DNA of 64,000 bases from an uncultured delta proteobacterium (GTDB lineage: Bacteria; Myxococcota_A; Polyangia; Palsa-1104). The stretch is from positions 64,001 through 128,000 of the forward strand of contig CAWAWS010000014.1 in assembly GCA_963785725.1 (NCBI GenBank), read 5' to 3'. The notes under the pieces were generated by a model. It was not told the DNA's origin and made no database searches. It saw only the letters and a program-made list of their open reading frames with translations. Shown here one piece after another: positions 52,773-63,707 of the stretch. Position numbers and translations under genes: made by a program. Positions within the stretch are counted from its first letter, which is position 1; each line of letters starts with the position of its first letter.

Positions 52773-53803
52773 GTCACGAACGGTAACACGCCGACGCTGT
52801 CGCCGGGCTGCACGCCGAGCTGCCGCATCGTCGCTTCGGGCAGGCCGACGTCGCCGCCTTCGAGCCGAAACTGCGAGCCGGCGGCGGCGAAGTGGGGCGC
52901 GCGGTCGCGCTCGACCGACACCAGGCCCGTCGGCGCGGCGTCAGCCTCGAGCACGTCCGCGAGCGCCACGACGCGCGCCATCTGCGACGCCTGCACCAGC
53001 GTGATGTTGTCGGTCTTGGCGATGAAGTGCGGCCCGCCGTCGAACGGATCGATGCGATTGGCGTACTCGAAGCCGATGCGCCGCAGCATCTTCTCGACGC
53101 CTTTGGTCTCGGGTCCGACTTGGCCGACGAGCCCTTGCACCGAGAACGGCAACAGCGAGATGTAGATCGAATCGGCGGGAAACAAGGAGCGAATGAACTC
53201 TTTGTTCGACTGCGACAGCCGATCCGCCTCTTGGTAGCTCATGCCCGTGAAGTGGCGGCCGAGCACTTCCCACAAGGGCGACGTCCCGTCCTTTTCGAGC
53301 GGCGGCAAGAGCTCCGACAACACCTCGTCGCGGAACTTGGTGCGGTGCAGCCCGATATACAAAAAGCGGACATACGACAGCCACTTGCCGAGCGCGACCG
53401 GATTGCGGCGATAGCTCGGATGGAGCACGAGCCCGCCGATCTCCGTCGGGCCGTTGTAGTTGTAGCCGATGCGCAGGACCTTGTGGATGAAGTGCTTGTC
53501 GAGCGACTCCGAGTAGCGCTCGTCCTGCATGACGTCGTAGAAGATGTGCGGCGCGCGGCGCGTCCCGTGCTGCGCGTGGATCATCGACGTGCCGATGATG
53601 CGCTTCTCGGTCTCGTCGATGAGCACGAACAGGTACTCGCGCTTGAAGACGTCGAGCTGGCCGTTGAACGACTTGCGGCTGTGCTCGATCAGCTCCTCGA
53701 GCACGTCGCGGTCATTGGGCAGATTGACCGTGTTGAGGTGCGCCGCGACGGCGTGCAGCCCCTCCAAGTCGTCGGGGAAGACCTCGCGAATGGTAAAAGG
53801 CAT
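52769..53803 (-). CDS. astA: Arginine N-succinyltransferase
   Basis: NLP.DR..L, YLFVL.D, G.TEIGGL.LHP.YR, SPLWE.LG.HF.GM.Y.EAD, D.FDGGP. Confidence 0.85.
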   Translation of the reverse strand: MPFTIREVFPDDLEGLHAVAAHLNTVNLPNDRDVLEELIEHSRKSFNGQLDVFKREYLFVLIDETEKRIIGTSMIHAQHGTRRAPHIFYDVMQDERYSESLDKHFIHKVLRIGYNYNGPTEIGGLVLHPSYRRNPVALGKWLSYVRFLYIGLHRTKFRDEVLSELLPPLEKDGTSPLWEVLGRHFTGMSYQEADRLSQSNKEFIRSLFPADSIYISLLPFSVQGLVGQVGPETKGVEKMLRRIGFEYANRIDPFDGGPHFIAKTDNITLVQASQMARVVALADVLEADAAPTGLVSVERDRAPHFAAAGSQFRLEGGDVGLPEATMRQLGVQPGDSVGVLPFVT

Positions 53804-53827
53804 GCTCTTCTCGACGGAGAACGCAGC

Positions 53828-54757
53828 CTACACCTGGCCTGCGGGCCAGGCAAGCGGAGCGCCGCCGTCGCTCGGCCACAGCGGAACCGGCGTCGCCGCC
53901 GGCAAATTCACGAGGTCGACGAGGAAGCGGCCGAGCGAATCGAGCAGCGGCGGCATCAGGTGACGCGGCTGCAACAGATAGCTGTAGTTGATGATCTTGA
54001 TCGGCGGTCGTCCCGCCGTCGTGCGCCGCGCGTTCTCTTGGTCGATCCAGTCGAGGATGTGCGGCAGCGCGATGACCGTCGCCCCTTGAATGTCGTGAAA
54101 GAGCACGATCGCGCGCCCCTTCAGCGTCAGCAAATGCTTCTCGACGTAGGCTTCGATCTTGGGCGCATTCTTCACTCGCCAATCTTGCGGATCGATGTCC
54201 CAGCCGATCGGCTTGATGCCGAGCCCGTCGGTGACCGCCTTGAGCTGCGGGCAATGCGCGCCGTACGGCGTACGAAACAGCTCCGGCCGCTGCCCGGTCG
54301 CGTCCTCGATCAGCTTGGCGTTGCCTTCGATCTCTTGCCACGCCTGCTTGATGTAGAAGTGGCCGCACAAAAAGTAATGATGAATCGTATGGTTACCGAC
54401 TGCGTGGCCGCGCTTCATCTCTTCGCGCAGGAGCGCCTTCGACTTCTCCGCGGCCGCCGAATTGCCCTGCAAGTGCGAGCCGAGCACGAAGAAGATCGCC
54501 TTGATGTTGTGCTTGTCGAGCGTGTCGAGCACCGTCGGCGTCTTGTCGATCGCCGGCCCGTCGTCGAAGGTCAGTAGGATCTCGGGCGACGTCTCGGGCG
54601 CTTTCGGCTTGGGCGCGGGCGCTTCGGCCGCTTGCGTTGGCGCGGCGACAGGTTTGGCGGCGCTCGCGACCTTCGTGTGCGCCGGTTTACGCGCGTGCGC
54701 CGTCGCTGCAGCGACGAAAACGAGCACAAAGCTGAGTCTGAGAACGAACGCGCGCAC
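53828..54757 (-). CDS. Polysaccharide deacetylase (CE4/NodB), exported
   Basis: Signal AHA|R, LTFDDGP, GH.VGNHT.HH, FRTPYG, W.ID..DW, IVLFHD. Confidence 0.9.
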   Translation of the reverse strand: MRAFVLRLSFVLVFVAAATAHARKPAHTKVASAAKPVAAPTQAAEAPAPKPKAPETSPEILLTFDDGPAIDKTPTVLDTLDKHNIKAIFFVLGSHLQGNSAAAEKSKALLREEMKRGHAVGNHTIHHYFLCGHFYIKQAWQEIEGNAKLIEDATGQRPELFRTPYGAHCPQLKAVTDGLGIKPIGWDIDPQDWRVKNAPKIEAYVEKHLLTLKGRAIVLFHDIQGATVIALPHILDWIDQENARRTTAGRPPIKIINYSYLLQPRHLMPPLLDSLGRFLVDLVNLPAATPVPLWPSDGGAPLAWPAGQV

Positions 54758-54824
54758 GAAGGTTCAAGCTACCACTCGAACGCTATGTGGCAACTTCGAG
54801 AATCGTTTTGTGCGCGACGACCGG

Positions 54825-55333
54825 CTAGAACGGAATGTCGTCGTCGCCGCCCGACGGGAACGAATCGCCGCCCGACGGCTCGCCGCCACCGCCGCCGCCG
54901 CGCGGAGCGCCGCCGCGCGAGCCGCCGCCGAAGCTGCGACCGCCACCGCCGCCGCCGCCGGTCCACCACCTTCACCGCCGGGGCCGCCGCCAGGTCCGCC
55001 GCCGCCGAGGAACTGGATCGTGTTGGCGACGATCTCGGTCATGTATTTCTTTTCGCCCGTGTTCTTGTCGTCCCACGAGCGCGTCTGCAAGCGCCCTTCG
55101 ACGTAGACCGAGCGGCCTTTGTCGAGGTATTGCGCGCAGTTCTCACCGGTCTTGCCCCAAGCGATCACCTTGTGCCACTCGGTGCGCTCCTGCTTCTGCT
55201 GCTGCTTGTCGGTGAAGGTCTCGTTGGTGGCGATTCGCAGCTCGCACACCGCCTGCCCCGACGGCAGATACTTGAGCTCGGGCTTGGCTCCGAGGTTGCC
55301 GATGATGATCACCTTGTTCACGCTGGCGGCCAT
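54825..55333 (-). CDS. ssb: Single-stranded DNA-binding protein, frameshifted in its Gly-rich tail
   Basis: [35 protein letters not shown]. The acidic tail [11 protein letters not shown] (stop at 54825-54827) is in another frame; one base is missing near 54960. Confidence 0.93.
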
Positions 55334-55426
55334 GCTGGCAACATGCTCCCACCGCCCCATCCGGTCAAGTGTTCAGTGTAATCAAAAGGGCGGCGACGCG
55401 CGACGTCGTCTGCTACGGTCGCTGCC

Positions 55427-56219
55427 ATGTTCCGAGGCCTCCGCATCGCGGTCGTGATCCCGGCGTTCAACGAGGAATTGAAGGTGGCGCGAACGGTTCG
55501 TGACGTGCCGGCGTTCGCCGATCACATCTTGGTCGTCGACGACGCGTCGCGCGACCGCACGTTCGTCGAGGCGGCGCGCGCGCACCGACGCGGGCTCGAG
55601 GTCTTGCGCCATCCGCGCAATCGCGGCGTCGGCGCGGCCATCGCCACCGGCTATCGGCGCGCGCTACAGCTCGGCGTCGACGCCGCGGTCGTCATGGCCG
55701 GCGACGGGCAGATGGCGCCGGCCGACCTGCCGGCGCTTGCTCGCGCCCATCGTCGACGGCAGCGCCGACTACGTCAAAGGCAACCGCTTCGCGCGCGGCG
55801 ACGTCTGGCGCGTCATGCCGCCGGCGCGCTTGGTCGGCAACATCGCGCTCTCGCTCGTCACCAAAGTCACGAGCGGCTATTGGCAGCTCTTCGATTCGCA
55901 GTGCGGCTACACCGTCGCGTCGGCGCGCGCGCTCGGCGTCATCGACGCCGCCGGCCTCTTTCCGCGCTACGGCTATCCCAACGATCTCTTGGCGCGGCTG
56001 CACGCGGCCAAGCTGCGCGTGCGCGACGTGCCGGTGCGCGCGGTCTATGGCGACGGTTGGCGCTCGGGGATTCGGCTGTCGACGGTCGTCTATCCGATGT
56101 CGTACGTGCTCGTGCGCTCGTGGCTGCGGCGTTTGTTGACCGACCAGCCGCAGCCGGCGACGACGACGACGACCGCCGCGACGCCGGCCGCCGCCGATTC
56201 GTGCGCCTCGGCGTCCTGA
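55427..56219 (+). CDS. GT2 glycosyltransferase (polyprenol-phosphate sugar synthase-like), frameshifted near 55738
   Basis: VVIPAFNEE, VVDDAS.D.T, N.GVG, MAGDGQM, then (other frame) DYVKGNRF, DSQCGY. Confidence 0.87.
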
Positions 56220-57283
56220 CGACGTCGTATCCGCGCCACGACGGCGACGCGGCAGGCGCGTTCGTCGCCGGCTTTTGCCGCTGGCTGGCCGCGCGCGTCG
56301 GCGACGTCGACGTCCTGTGCGCCGACGGTGCGCGCGCGCTCTTCGCCGACGGCGGCGCGCCGGCCGGCCTCGAGCGCGGTCGTTGGGGCGAGGCGTTGAC
56401 GTTCTCGGCGCGCCTGGGGCTCGAATGCTTACGGCGCGTAGGTGAATGGGACGCCGTCGTGTCGCACTGGCTCGTCCCGTCGGCGGCCATCGCCGACGTC
56501 TGCGTGCGGCAGCGACGGCATGTGGCGATCGCGCACGGCTCCGACGTGCGGCTCTTGCGCCGGCTGCCGGGCGGCGCGCGGCTGGTCCGTCGCATCGCGC
56601 GGCGCGCCGATCTCGTCTACGTCGCCGACGCGCTGCGCGTGCCCGGCGCGCCCGGCCGCGTCGTGCCGATGGGCCTCGACGTCGCGCCGATCGTCGCCGC
56701 CACCGACGCGATCGCGCGGGCACGCGCTCGTCGGGCGCTGGCCGTCGAAGATGAATTCGTCGTCGCGTTCTTGGGTCGCCTCGTCGCCGTCAAAGGGTGC
56801 GATCTGCTGATCGATGCGCTGCCCGCGGGCGCGACGTTGCTCGTCGCCGGCGCTGGCCCCGAGCGCGCAGCGCTGCAGGCGCGCGCGGCCGGTCGGCGCG
56901 CCATTCGCTTCCTCGGTCACGTCGCGGGCGCGGCCAAGCTGCAGCTGCTCGCCGCCGCCGACGTGCTCGCCATTCCCTCGCGCGACGACGGCGCACCGAC
57001 GGTGGCGTTGGAGGCGCTCGCCGCCGGCCTGCCCATCGTCGCCACGCGCGCCGGCGGCCTGCCGGAGCTGCTCGACGCGCGCACGACCCGCTTCGCCGAC
57101 GCCACCGCGTCCGCGCTCGCCGCCGCGCTGACCGGGCTTCGCGATGACGCGCCATTGCGTGCGCGACTGGCGGTTGCGGCGCGCGCACTCGCTTCCACGC
57201 ACGATTGGGCACACGTCGGTCCGGCGTTATGGGGCGATACGGGAGCGGAAGTAGGCGGTTGCGTCCGTGTTTTCCCTGTGTGA
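56201..57283 (+). CDS. GT4 glycosyltransferase
   Basis: GTG 56201: RLGVLTTSYPR...AG.FV, SHWLVP, HGSD, GRLV..KG, ADVL..PS...P.VALEALA.GLP.VA...GG. Confidence 0.87.
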   Translation: MRLGVLTTSYPRHDGDAAGAFVAGFCRWLAARVGDVDVLCADGARALFADGGAPAGLERGRWGEALTFSARLGLECLRRVGEWDAVVSHWLVPSAAIADVCVRQRRHVAIAHGSDVRLLRRLPGGARLVRRIARRADLVYVADALRVPGAPGRVVPMGLDVAPIVAATDAIARARARRALAVEDEFVVAFLGRLVAVKGCDLLIDALPAGATLLVAGAGPERAALQARAAGRRAIRFLGHVAGAAKLQLLAAADVLAIPSRDDGAPTVALEALAAGLPIVATRAGGLPELLDARTTRFADATASALAAALTGLRDDAPLRARLAVAARALASTHDWAHVGPALWGDTGAEVGGCVRVFPV

Positions 57284-57297
57284 ATAATTTTACAGGG

Positions 57298-57867
57298 ATG
57301 ACGACCTCGACAGACTGTGACGTCACCTTCGTCGTGCGCGCCTTGGACGACGAGGAGCGCGTGGGGCACTGTCTTCGCCGCATCGCCGCCTATTTGTCTG
57401 CGCACGAGCTGCGCGCCGAGATCCTCGTCGCCGACGAAGGCTCGGGCGACAACACGGTCGCGGTCGCGATCTTGTTGCGCCGGCAAATCGGCGAGATCGT
57501 TGTCGTTCACTCGACGCCGGGCAACGGCTTGCACGACGCCTGTCAGCGCGCCCGCGGCCGCATCGTCATCTGCGCCGACGCCCGCATCGACGCGCCGTTG
57601 GCGGCGCTCGGTTACGCGCTCGGCCGCTTGCGCGACGGTCGTGATGTCGTCGCGCTCGGCGGGCGTTATCTCGTGTTCCGGCGCACGTTGGCGTGGCGCG
57701 CGTTGCCGGCGTTGATCGGCCGGCGCGACTTCGTGGCGGTCGAGCGCCGTTTCGTCCGCCGGGCGCGTTCGCTCGGGCTCGCCTGTGCCGTGACCAAGCG
57801 CCCGGTGGCTCGACGCAGCTGGCGTCGCCTCTTCGCCGCGTTTCTGCCGCAAACGACGAACCTTTAG
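57298..57867 (+). CDS. Short GT2-like protein (degenerate)
   Basis: DVTFVV.ALDDEERV, EILVADEGS.DNT, ARGRI...DA. Confidence 0.65.
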   Translation: MTTSTDCDVTFVVRALDDEERVGHCLRRIAAYLSAHELRAEILVADEGSGDNTVAVAILLRRQIGEIVVVHSTPGNGLHDACQRARGRIVICADARIDAPLAALGYALGRLRDGRDVVALGGRYLVFRRTLAWRALPALIGRRDFVAVERRFVRRARSLGLACAVTKRPVARRSWRRLFAAFLPQTTNL

Positions 57868-57929
57868 TCCGCCTGAGTCTTGCGGGCGGTTGGCTAGCAC
57901 GCGACCTCGGGCGATGCTAAATTGGGCGG

Positions 57930-59006
57930 ATGAACCTGCTCGCGACGCCGGGAACGATCCTGCTCGCCATCCTGGCGTTAGGGGTGCTCATCATTGTCCA
58001 CGAAGGCGGCCACTTTCTCGTGGCGCGGCTGTCGGGGATGCGGGTGGACCGCTTCTCGATCGGCTTCGGGCCGGTGCTGTGGAGCGTCAAGCGCGGCGAG
58101 ACGATCTACCAATTCGCCGCCGTTCCGCTCGGTGGGTACGTACAGATTGCCGGGCTGAACCCGGGCGAAGAGGGCATGACGGCGGACGATCCGCGCGCCT
58201 ATCCCAATCGCCCGGTGTGGCAGCGGCTGGCGACGATCTTCGCCGGGCCGGGCACGAACTATCTGTTCGCGGTGTTGCTGCTCCTCGGCATGTTCTTCGC
58301 GTGGGGCGTTCCCGGGCCGGGCAAGTCGCCGGTGGTGGGCGAGCTCGTCGAAGGTAAGCCGGCGGCGGCCGCGGGTTTCCAGCCGGAGGACGAGATTGTC
58401 GCGGTGTCCGGGACGGCGGTCAAAGACGTGGCCGACGTGCTGCCACTGGTGAACGCGTCGAAGGGGCAGCCGATCAGCGTCGACATTCGCCGCGCGGGCC
58501 AGCCGATGACGTTGAAGGTGACGCCGCAACTCGACGGCGGTGAATATCGCATCGGCGTGCAGCTCGACGTGACGACGATCTGGGAGCAGGTGCCGGCCGG
58601 TCAGCGCGTCGAACGGGCGCTCGTGTATCCCATCGAATATTCGCGCTTCGTCCTGCACACCATGGCCGAGGGCGGCATCAAGAACATCGTCAAGCATGGC
58701 TCGGGTCCGGTCGGCATCGTCAAAGAGATGCGCAAGCGGATCGAGAACGGGCCGCGCCAGGCGTTCATGGTCATCGCGCTCATCAGCATCTATCTCGGCC
58801 TGTTCAACCTGTTGCCGCTGCCGGGGCTCGATGGCGGGCGCTTGGCGTTTCTGGCGTGGGAAGCGATCTCGCGGCGGCGTGTGAATCAGCGCATCGAAGC
58901 GACGATTCACATGGTCGGCGTGCTCTCGTTCTTGACGCTCATCGTCTTCATCACCTTCAAGAACGACCTGCACTTCGGCAAGATCCTCAGCTTGTTTCAT
59001 CGGTAA
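57930..59006 (+). CDS. rseP: RIP metalloprotease RseP (M50) with PDZ domain
   Basis: HEGGH, FSIGFGP, PLGGYV, AGP..N, PDZ, FNLLPLPGLDGG. Confidence 0.93.
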   Translation: MNLLATPGTILLAILALGVLIIVHEGGHFLVARLSGMRVDRFSIGFGPVLWSVKRGETIYQFAAVPLGGYVQIAGLNPGEEGMTADDPRAYPNRPVWQRLATIFAGPGTNYLFAVLLLLGMFFAWGVPGPGKSPVVGELVEGKPAAAAGFQPEDEIVAVSGTAVKDVADVLPLVNASKGQPISVDIRRAGQPMTLKVTPQLDGGEYRIGVQLDVTTIWEQVPAGQRVERALVYPIEYSRFVLHTMAEGGIKNIVKHGSGPVGIVKEMRKRIENGPRQAFMVIALISIYLGLFNLLPLPGLDGGRLAFLAWEAISRRRVNQRIEATIHMVGVLSFLTLIVFITFKNDLHFGKILSLFHR

Positions 59007-59683
59007 TGCGCAAACGTCCGGGACCGGTCGGTCGTCGCGCGCGGCGCCCGTCAGAGCTTCCGGGCGACACCAAAGAGCAGATTCTCGCCGTCGCCGAGGA
59101 GCTCTTCGCGCAGAAGGGGTTCGCGGGCGTGCGCACGCACGAGATCGCCGAGCGCGCGGGCGTCAACAAGGCGATGATTTACTATTGGTTTCAGTCGAAA
59201 GAGCAGCTCTTGCGCGCGGTCTTGCAGAAGATCTTGTTCGAGCTCATCGCGCTGTCGCAGGAGATTTTGGCGCGGAAGCTGCCGCCGCCGCAGGTGCTCG
59301 AGGAGTTTTATCGCGGCTTCTTTTATTACGTCGCGCGCCATCGCAATTTCTCGCGGCTGACGACGATGGATCTCGGCTCCGAAGGCGGCTATTTGCGCAC
59401 GATGTTCGAGAGCTTCTTTCGCCCGCTGTTCGATCGCGGCGTGAAGTTCATCGACACGGCCGTGGCGCGCGGCGAGCTCAAGGCCGTCAATGCGCGGCAG
59501 CTCCTGATTACGATCTACGGCATGACGATCGCCTATTTCGCGGACGCGAATCAGGTGGCGCTGTTGTACGGCGTCGAGGATGCGCTCGACGAGAAGCTGC
59601 TCGCCGAGCGGCTGCAGGCGAACCTCGATTTCATCTTCGCGGCGGTCGGCGGCAAGCGGACGCCGGCGCGGTCGGCGTCGTGA
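59006..59683 (+). CDS. TetR/AcrR family regulator
   Basis: ILAVAEELFAQKGF.G....IAERAGVNKAMIYYWF.SKEQL. ATG 59006 overlaps the rseP stop. Confidence 0.92.
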   Translation: MRKRPGPVGRRARRPSELPGDTKEQILAVAEELFAQKGFAGVRTHEIAERAGVNKAMIYYWFQSKEQLLRAVLQKILFELIALSQEILARKLPPPQVLEEFYRGFFYYVARHRNFSRLTTMDLGSEGGYLRTMFESFFRPLFDRGVKFIDTAVARGELKAVNARQLLITIYGMTIAYFADANQVALLYGVEDALDEKLLAERLQANLDFIFAAVGGKRTPARSAS

Positions 59684-59873
59684 TGACGCGCAACCCGTGC
59701 TCGTTGCAGGCGCTGCATGTGGGGGCGCACGTCGGCGCTGCGAGACCAAGCCCGCTATAAACCAATCACGCTGTTGCGCGATCCACCCCTGGCCGGCCCG
59801 ACGGAGCTCCAGCGCCCGCGGGCACAGCCCGCCCGGGCGCTTCCGCCGCACGCCGCAACCACGAGCTGACCGC

Positions 59874-59962
59874 CCGGCGCCGCTAAGCCGCGGTCGACCA
59901 ACCGACCGGCGCCGCTAAGCGTCGGGCCGACCGGCGCCGCGCCGCCGCCGCCGCCGCCGCCG
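59874..59962. repeat. Short direct repeats plus GCC microsatellite in an intergenic region
   Basis: ccggcgccgctaagc twice (59874 and 59906), a partial third copy, then about 7 GCC units. Confidence 0.5.
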
Positions 59963-59969
59963 CGCGCCC

Positions 59970-60866
59970 CTACGGATCATCCGTCGGCGTCGGCGCCGCC
60001 CGTCCGGCCGGGCGCGACGCCGCCAGCCACGCCCCCCAGCCGACGCCGGCGATGGTCACGACCGCGCCCACGATCGCCGTCGGCCCCGACCGCTCGCCGT
60101 ACAACAGCCGGCCCAGCAGCAAGGTCGCGACCGGCGTCAGCTGAAACAGCACGCCCGCCGCCGCCGCCGGCAGATCGCGCAAGGCCTGCGTCATCATCAG
60201 CTGCGCCGCCACCGCCGTCACGCCCATCGCCACGAGCAGCGGCCAGTCGCGCGCCGCCGGCGTCACCCACTGTCGCGCCGTCGGAATCCCGGTAAACAGC
60301 GCGCCGAGCAGACAGAAGGCGCAAAAGATCTCCCACGCGCCGTCGGTCTTGCGCACCTGCCGAATCGTCGCCACCGCCGCGCCCGACAGCACCGACGACA
60401 GGATTCCGACGAGCGGCCAGCCGCCGAGCACGGTCGCGCCCGGCGGCGCGCGGCCGACGATGACGAGCGCCACGCCCGCCGTCGTCACGACGAGCGCCAC
60501 GAACGTGCCGGGCCCGATCGCTTCGCCGAGGAACAGCCAGGCAAAGAGCGCGGTAAACACCGGCGCCGTGTAGTTCAAGAGCGTCGCCAACCCGACGTCG
60601 AGGTGCTCGATCGCCAAGAAGTAGCAGAGCACGGCCGTGCCGCCGAAGAGGCCGCGCAGGAAAAGGCCGCGCCAGTTGTGCGGTCGCAGCCTGAGGCGCG
60701 TCGCCGCCAACGCCACCGCCACCAAGCCGCAGATGAAGCGCACGAACGCCACTTCCGGCCCGGGAATCCGCGACGCCGACGCCTTGGCCAAGAGCGCCAT
60801 GACGCTGAACAGCAGCGCCGCCGCGGTCATGAGCGCCGTGGCGACGGCGGCCGGCCGGCGATTCAT
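59970..60866 (-). CDS. DMT/EamA family transporter
   Basis: EVAFVRF, RGLFG, ATLLNYTAPVF..LFA.LFLGE; two EamA repeats. Confidence 0.9.
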   Translation of the reverse strand: MNRRPAAVATALMTAAALLFSVMALLAKASASRIPGPEVAFVRFICGLVAVALAATRLRLRPHNWRGLFLRGLFGGTAVLCYFLAIEHLDVGLATLLNYTAPVFTALFAWLFLGEAIGPGTFVALVVTTAGVALVIVGRAPPGATVLGGWPLVGILSSVLSGAAVATIRQVRKTDGAWEIFCAFCLLGALFTGIPTARQWVTPAARDWPLLVAMGVTAVAAQLMMTQALRDLPAAAAGVLFQLTPVATLLLGRLLYGERSGPTAIVGAVVTIAGVGWGAWLAASRPAGRAAPTPTDDP

Positions 60867-61578
60867 GTTACTCGTAGGCGCGATGTTGGCGCTCCTGTTG
60901 CTCGTGCTCACTCGCGACGGCGTCATTCATCGGCTGCAAGACGGGCGCGAGCAGAGCATACAAGCGGCGCCGCAGGCCAGCGCCGTCGCCACGCTCGCGG
61001 ACGGTCGCGTCGCCGTGCTCGCCGGCGCGCGGCTGACGATCGCCGCCGACGGCGCCGCCGCGCGCAACCGCACGATTCCCGGCCACTTCGGCGACGTCAA
61101 GGCGCTCGCCGGCGGTCGCGCGTTGTGGGCGCTCGTCGGCGACGGCGCCGTGCGCATCGACGTGTCGAGCGGGCAGCGCGAGCGCGTCGTCACGTTGCCG
61201 CGCGCCCATCGCCTCGCCGTCGATCGCGCCGGCGACGCGCTCTTCGTCGAGGCCGACGGCGTCATCGTCGAGGCCGGCACGTCGCGCAGCTGGCGCGTGC
61301 CCGGCCGGCCGATCGCGCTCGCCGCCGCCGCCGGCAAGCTATGGATCGCGACGAAGGAGGGCCCGCTGTTCGAGATCGATCGCGCGACCGCGAGCCAACG
61401 CGACCTCGGCCTCGGCAACTGGTTTGGCACGCTCGGCCTGGCAGCGACCGCCGACGGCCAGCTGTTCGCGGTGACAGTCGCCGGCAAATTGTGGCGCATC
61501 GACCCGCAACGACGTGAAAAAACGATCGTGAGCATGGACGGCTGGCAAGGCGCGATCGATATCGCAGTCTTACGCTAA
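60865..61578 (+). CDS. Exported hypothetical protein, beta-propeller-like
   Basis: Hydrophobic N-terminus and repeated LA...G.L(F/W)...G.L..ID blades. Start ATG 60865 or 60883. Confidence 0.6.
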   Translation: MLLVGAMLALLLLVLTRDGVIHRLQDGREQSIQAAPQASAVATLADGRVAVLAGARLTIAADGAAARNRTIPGHFGDVKALAGGRALWALVGDGAVRIDVSSGQRERVVTLPRAHRLAVDRAGDALFVEADGVIVEAGTSRSWRVPGRPIALAAAAGKLWIATKEGPLFEIDRATASQRDLGLGNWFGTLGLAATADGQLFAVTVAGKLWRIDPQRREKTIVSMDGWQGAIDIAVLR

Positions 61579-61590
61579 ACTCGGAACCTC

Positions 61591-63707
61591 GTGGGACGCG
61601 CGCAGAAACATACCGGCGAGCAGCTGGAATTCATCGAAGGCAGCGCCGCCGAGATGGACGAGCGGCTGGCCGAAATCTTGAGCCGCATGCCGACCGATCC
61701 CGGCGTGTACCTCATGAAGGACCGCAAAGGCCGCATCATCTACGTCGGCAAAGCGGCGAATCTGAAGCTGCGCGTGCGCCAGTATTTCAATCGCACCGAC
61801 ACGCGCGATTTCGTGCCGCTGCTCGGGCGCATCCTCGGCGACATCGAGACGGTCATCACCAACAACGAGAAAGAGGCGCTGCTCCTCGAGAACAACCTCA
61901 TCAAGCAGCATCAGCCGCGCTTCAACGTCAAGCTGGCGGACGACAAGAACTTCCTCGTCTTGCGGCTCGATCCGAAGGCGCGCTATCCGCGGCTCGAGGT
62001 CACGCGCCGCATCGGTCAAGACGGCGCCAAATATTTCGGGCCCTATCATTCGGCGTCGAGCTGTCGGGCGACGCTGACGGTGGTCAATCGCCACTTCAAG
62101 CTGCGCACCTGCACCGACGCGGTCCTGAATTCGCGGCGCCGCCCGTGTCTGCAATATCAGATCAAGCGCTGCGACGCGCCTTGCGTGTATCCGATTCCCG
62201 ACGAGGAATACGCCAAGCAAGTGCAAGACGTGGCGCTCTTTCTCGAAGGCAAGGACGACGAGCTGCTGAAGCGCTTGAGCGGCCGCATGCGCACGCGCGG
62301 CGACTGACGAGCAGTACGAGATCGCCGGCGCCGTGCGCGATCAGATTCGCGCGCTCGAAAAGACGCTGGAAGAGCAGCGCGTCGTCTCGCACGACATGCG
62401 CGATCAGGATGTCTTCGGCCTCTATCGCGAGGGCGAGCTGGTCGAGATGGTCGTGCTCAGCATTCGTAACGGCAAGCTGCTCGGCCGGCGCAATTTTTCG
62501 CTCAAGGGCCAGGAGTTTCCGACGGCCGAGATCTTGTCGTCGTTCGTGTCGCTCTATTACGAGCTGGGCTCGTTCATCCCCGACGAGGTCCTGCTGCCGG
62601 ACGCGGTCGAGGACGCCGCGGTGAAGGCCGAGTGGCTCACCGAGAAGCGCTCGGGCACGCCGACGGCCGACGACGCGCAGACCAAGCGCGCACCGCGCAA
62701 AGTCGAGGTCATGGTGCCGCAGCGCGGTCAGCGGCACGATCTCATCATCCTCGCGCAGAAGAACGCGGCGTCGTCGTTCGTCACGCGGCGCGACAAGTCG
62801 CGCGACACCGAAGCGGCGCTCGTGAAGCTGCAGCAGCGGTTGAGCTTGAAGCGGCTGCCGAAACGCGTCGAATGCTTCGACATCTCGCACATTCAAGGCA
62901 CGGCGACGGTGGCGTCGATGGTCGTGTTCTTGGACGGCGAGCCGGCGAAGGCGGAGTACCGCACGTTCAAGGTCAAGAGCGCGACGAACGACGACTTCGC
63001 GTCGATGTACGAAGTGCTGTCGCGCCGCTTTCGCCGCTCGAAGACCGCCGACGACAACGTGCAAAAGAAGGGCTGGGTCGTGCCCGATTTGCTGGTCATC
63101 GACGGCGGCAAAGGGCAGCTGTCGACCGCGGTGGCGGCGTTGAAGGACGCGCAGATCGATCTCGGCATGAACGGCATGGACGTCGTGTCGTTGGCCAAGG
63201 AGCGCGAGGACGAAGGCGGCGAGAAGCAGCCCGATCGCGTGTTTCGCATGAACGCCAAAGATCCGATCAAGCTGCGCGCCAACACGTCCGAGATGTTCCT
63301 GCTGTCGCGGATTCGCGACGAGGCGCATCGCTTCGCCGTGACGTTCCACAAGAAGCTGCGCCGGCGGCGCACGCTGCGTTCGGCGCTGGAAGACGTGCCG
63401 GGCGTCGGTCAGAAGCGCCAGCGCGAGCTGCTCAAGCACTTCGGCGCCATCAAGAACGTGCGCGTGGCGACGGTCGAGGAGCTGCATGCGCGCGCCGGGA
63501 ATGACGCGCGCGGCGGCCGAGGCGGTCGTGCGCTACTTCCGCGGCGAGGGCGAGCTCTTGCCGAAAGCCGAGGGCGAAGCGACCGCCGAGCCGCGCGACG
63601 ACGTGGCCGAAGACGCCGCCGCCCAAGAATTGGCGCAGCTGGCCCCGGACGAAGCCGGCGCAGCGACGGAAGACGACGCGGTCTCGGCGATTGACGAAGA
63701 AGAGTAG
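61591..63707 (+). CDS. uvrC: Excinuclease ABC subunit C, two +1 frameshifts
   Basis: [83 protein letters not shown], HhH. Breaks near 62296 and 63485. Confidence 0.95.

Noticed and set aside
55360..55378. GTTCAG upstream of ssb as a myxobacterial LexA box
   Set aside because: Only the half-site matches; there are several mismatches in the rest of the consensus.
55427..57283. Apparent 618-aa GT2-GT4 fusion
   Set aside because: Produced by the +1 frameshift at about 55738. The GT2 C-half is in another frame and GT4 has its own GTG at 56201.
59874..59962. Direct repeats as a mini CRISPR array
   Set aside because: The repeat is only 15 bp, with 2-3 copies, spacers of about 17 bp and no cas genes.
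62290..62335. TGA at 62305-62307 in uvrC as possible Sec or readthrough
   Set aside because: The downstream UvrC sequence is in a different frame, so this is an indel, not an in-frame stop.
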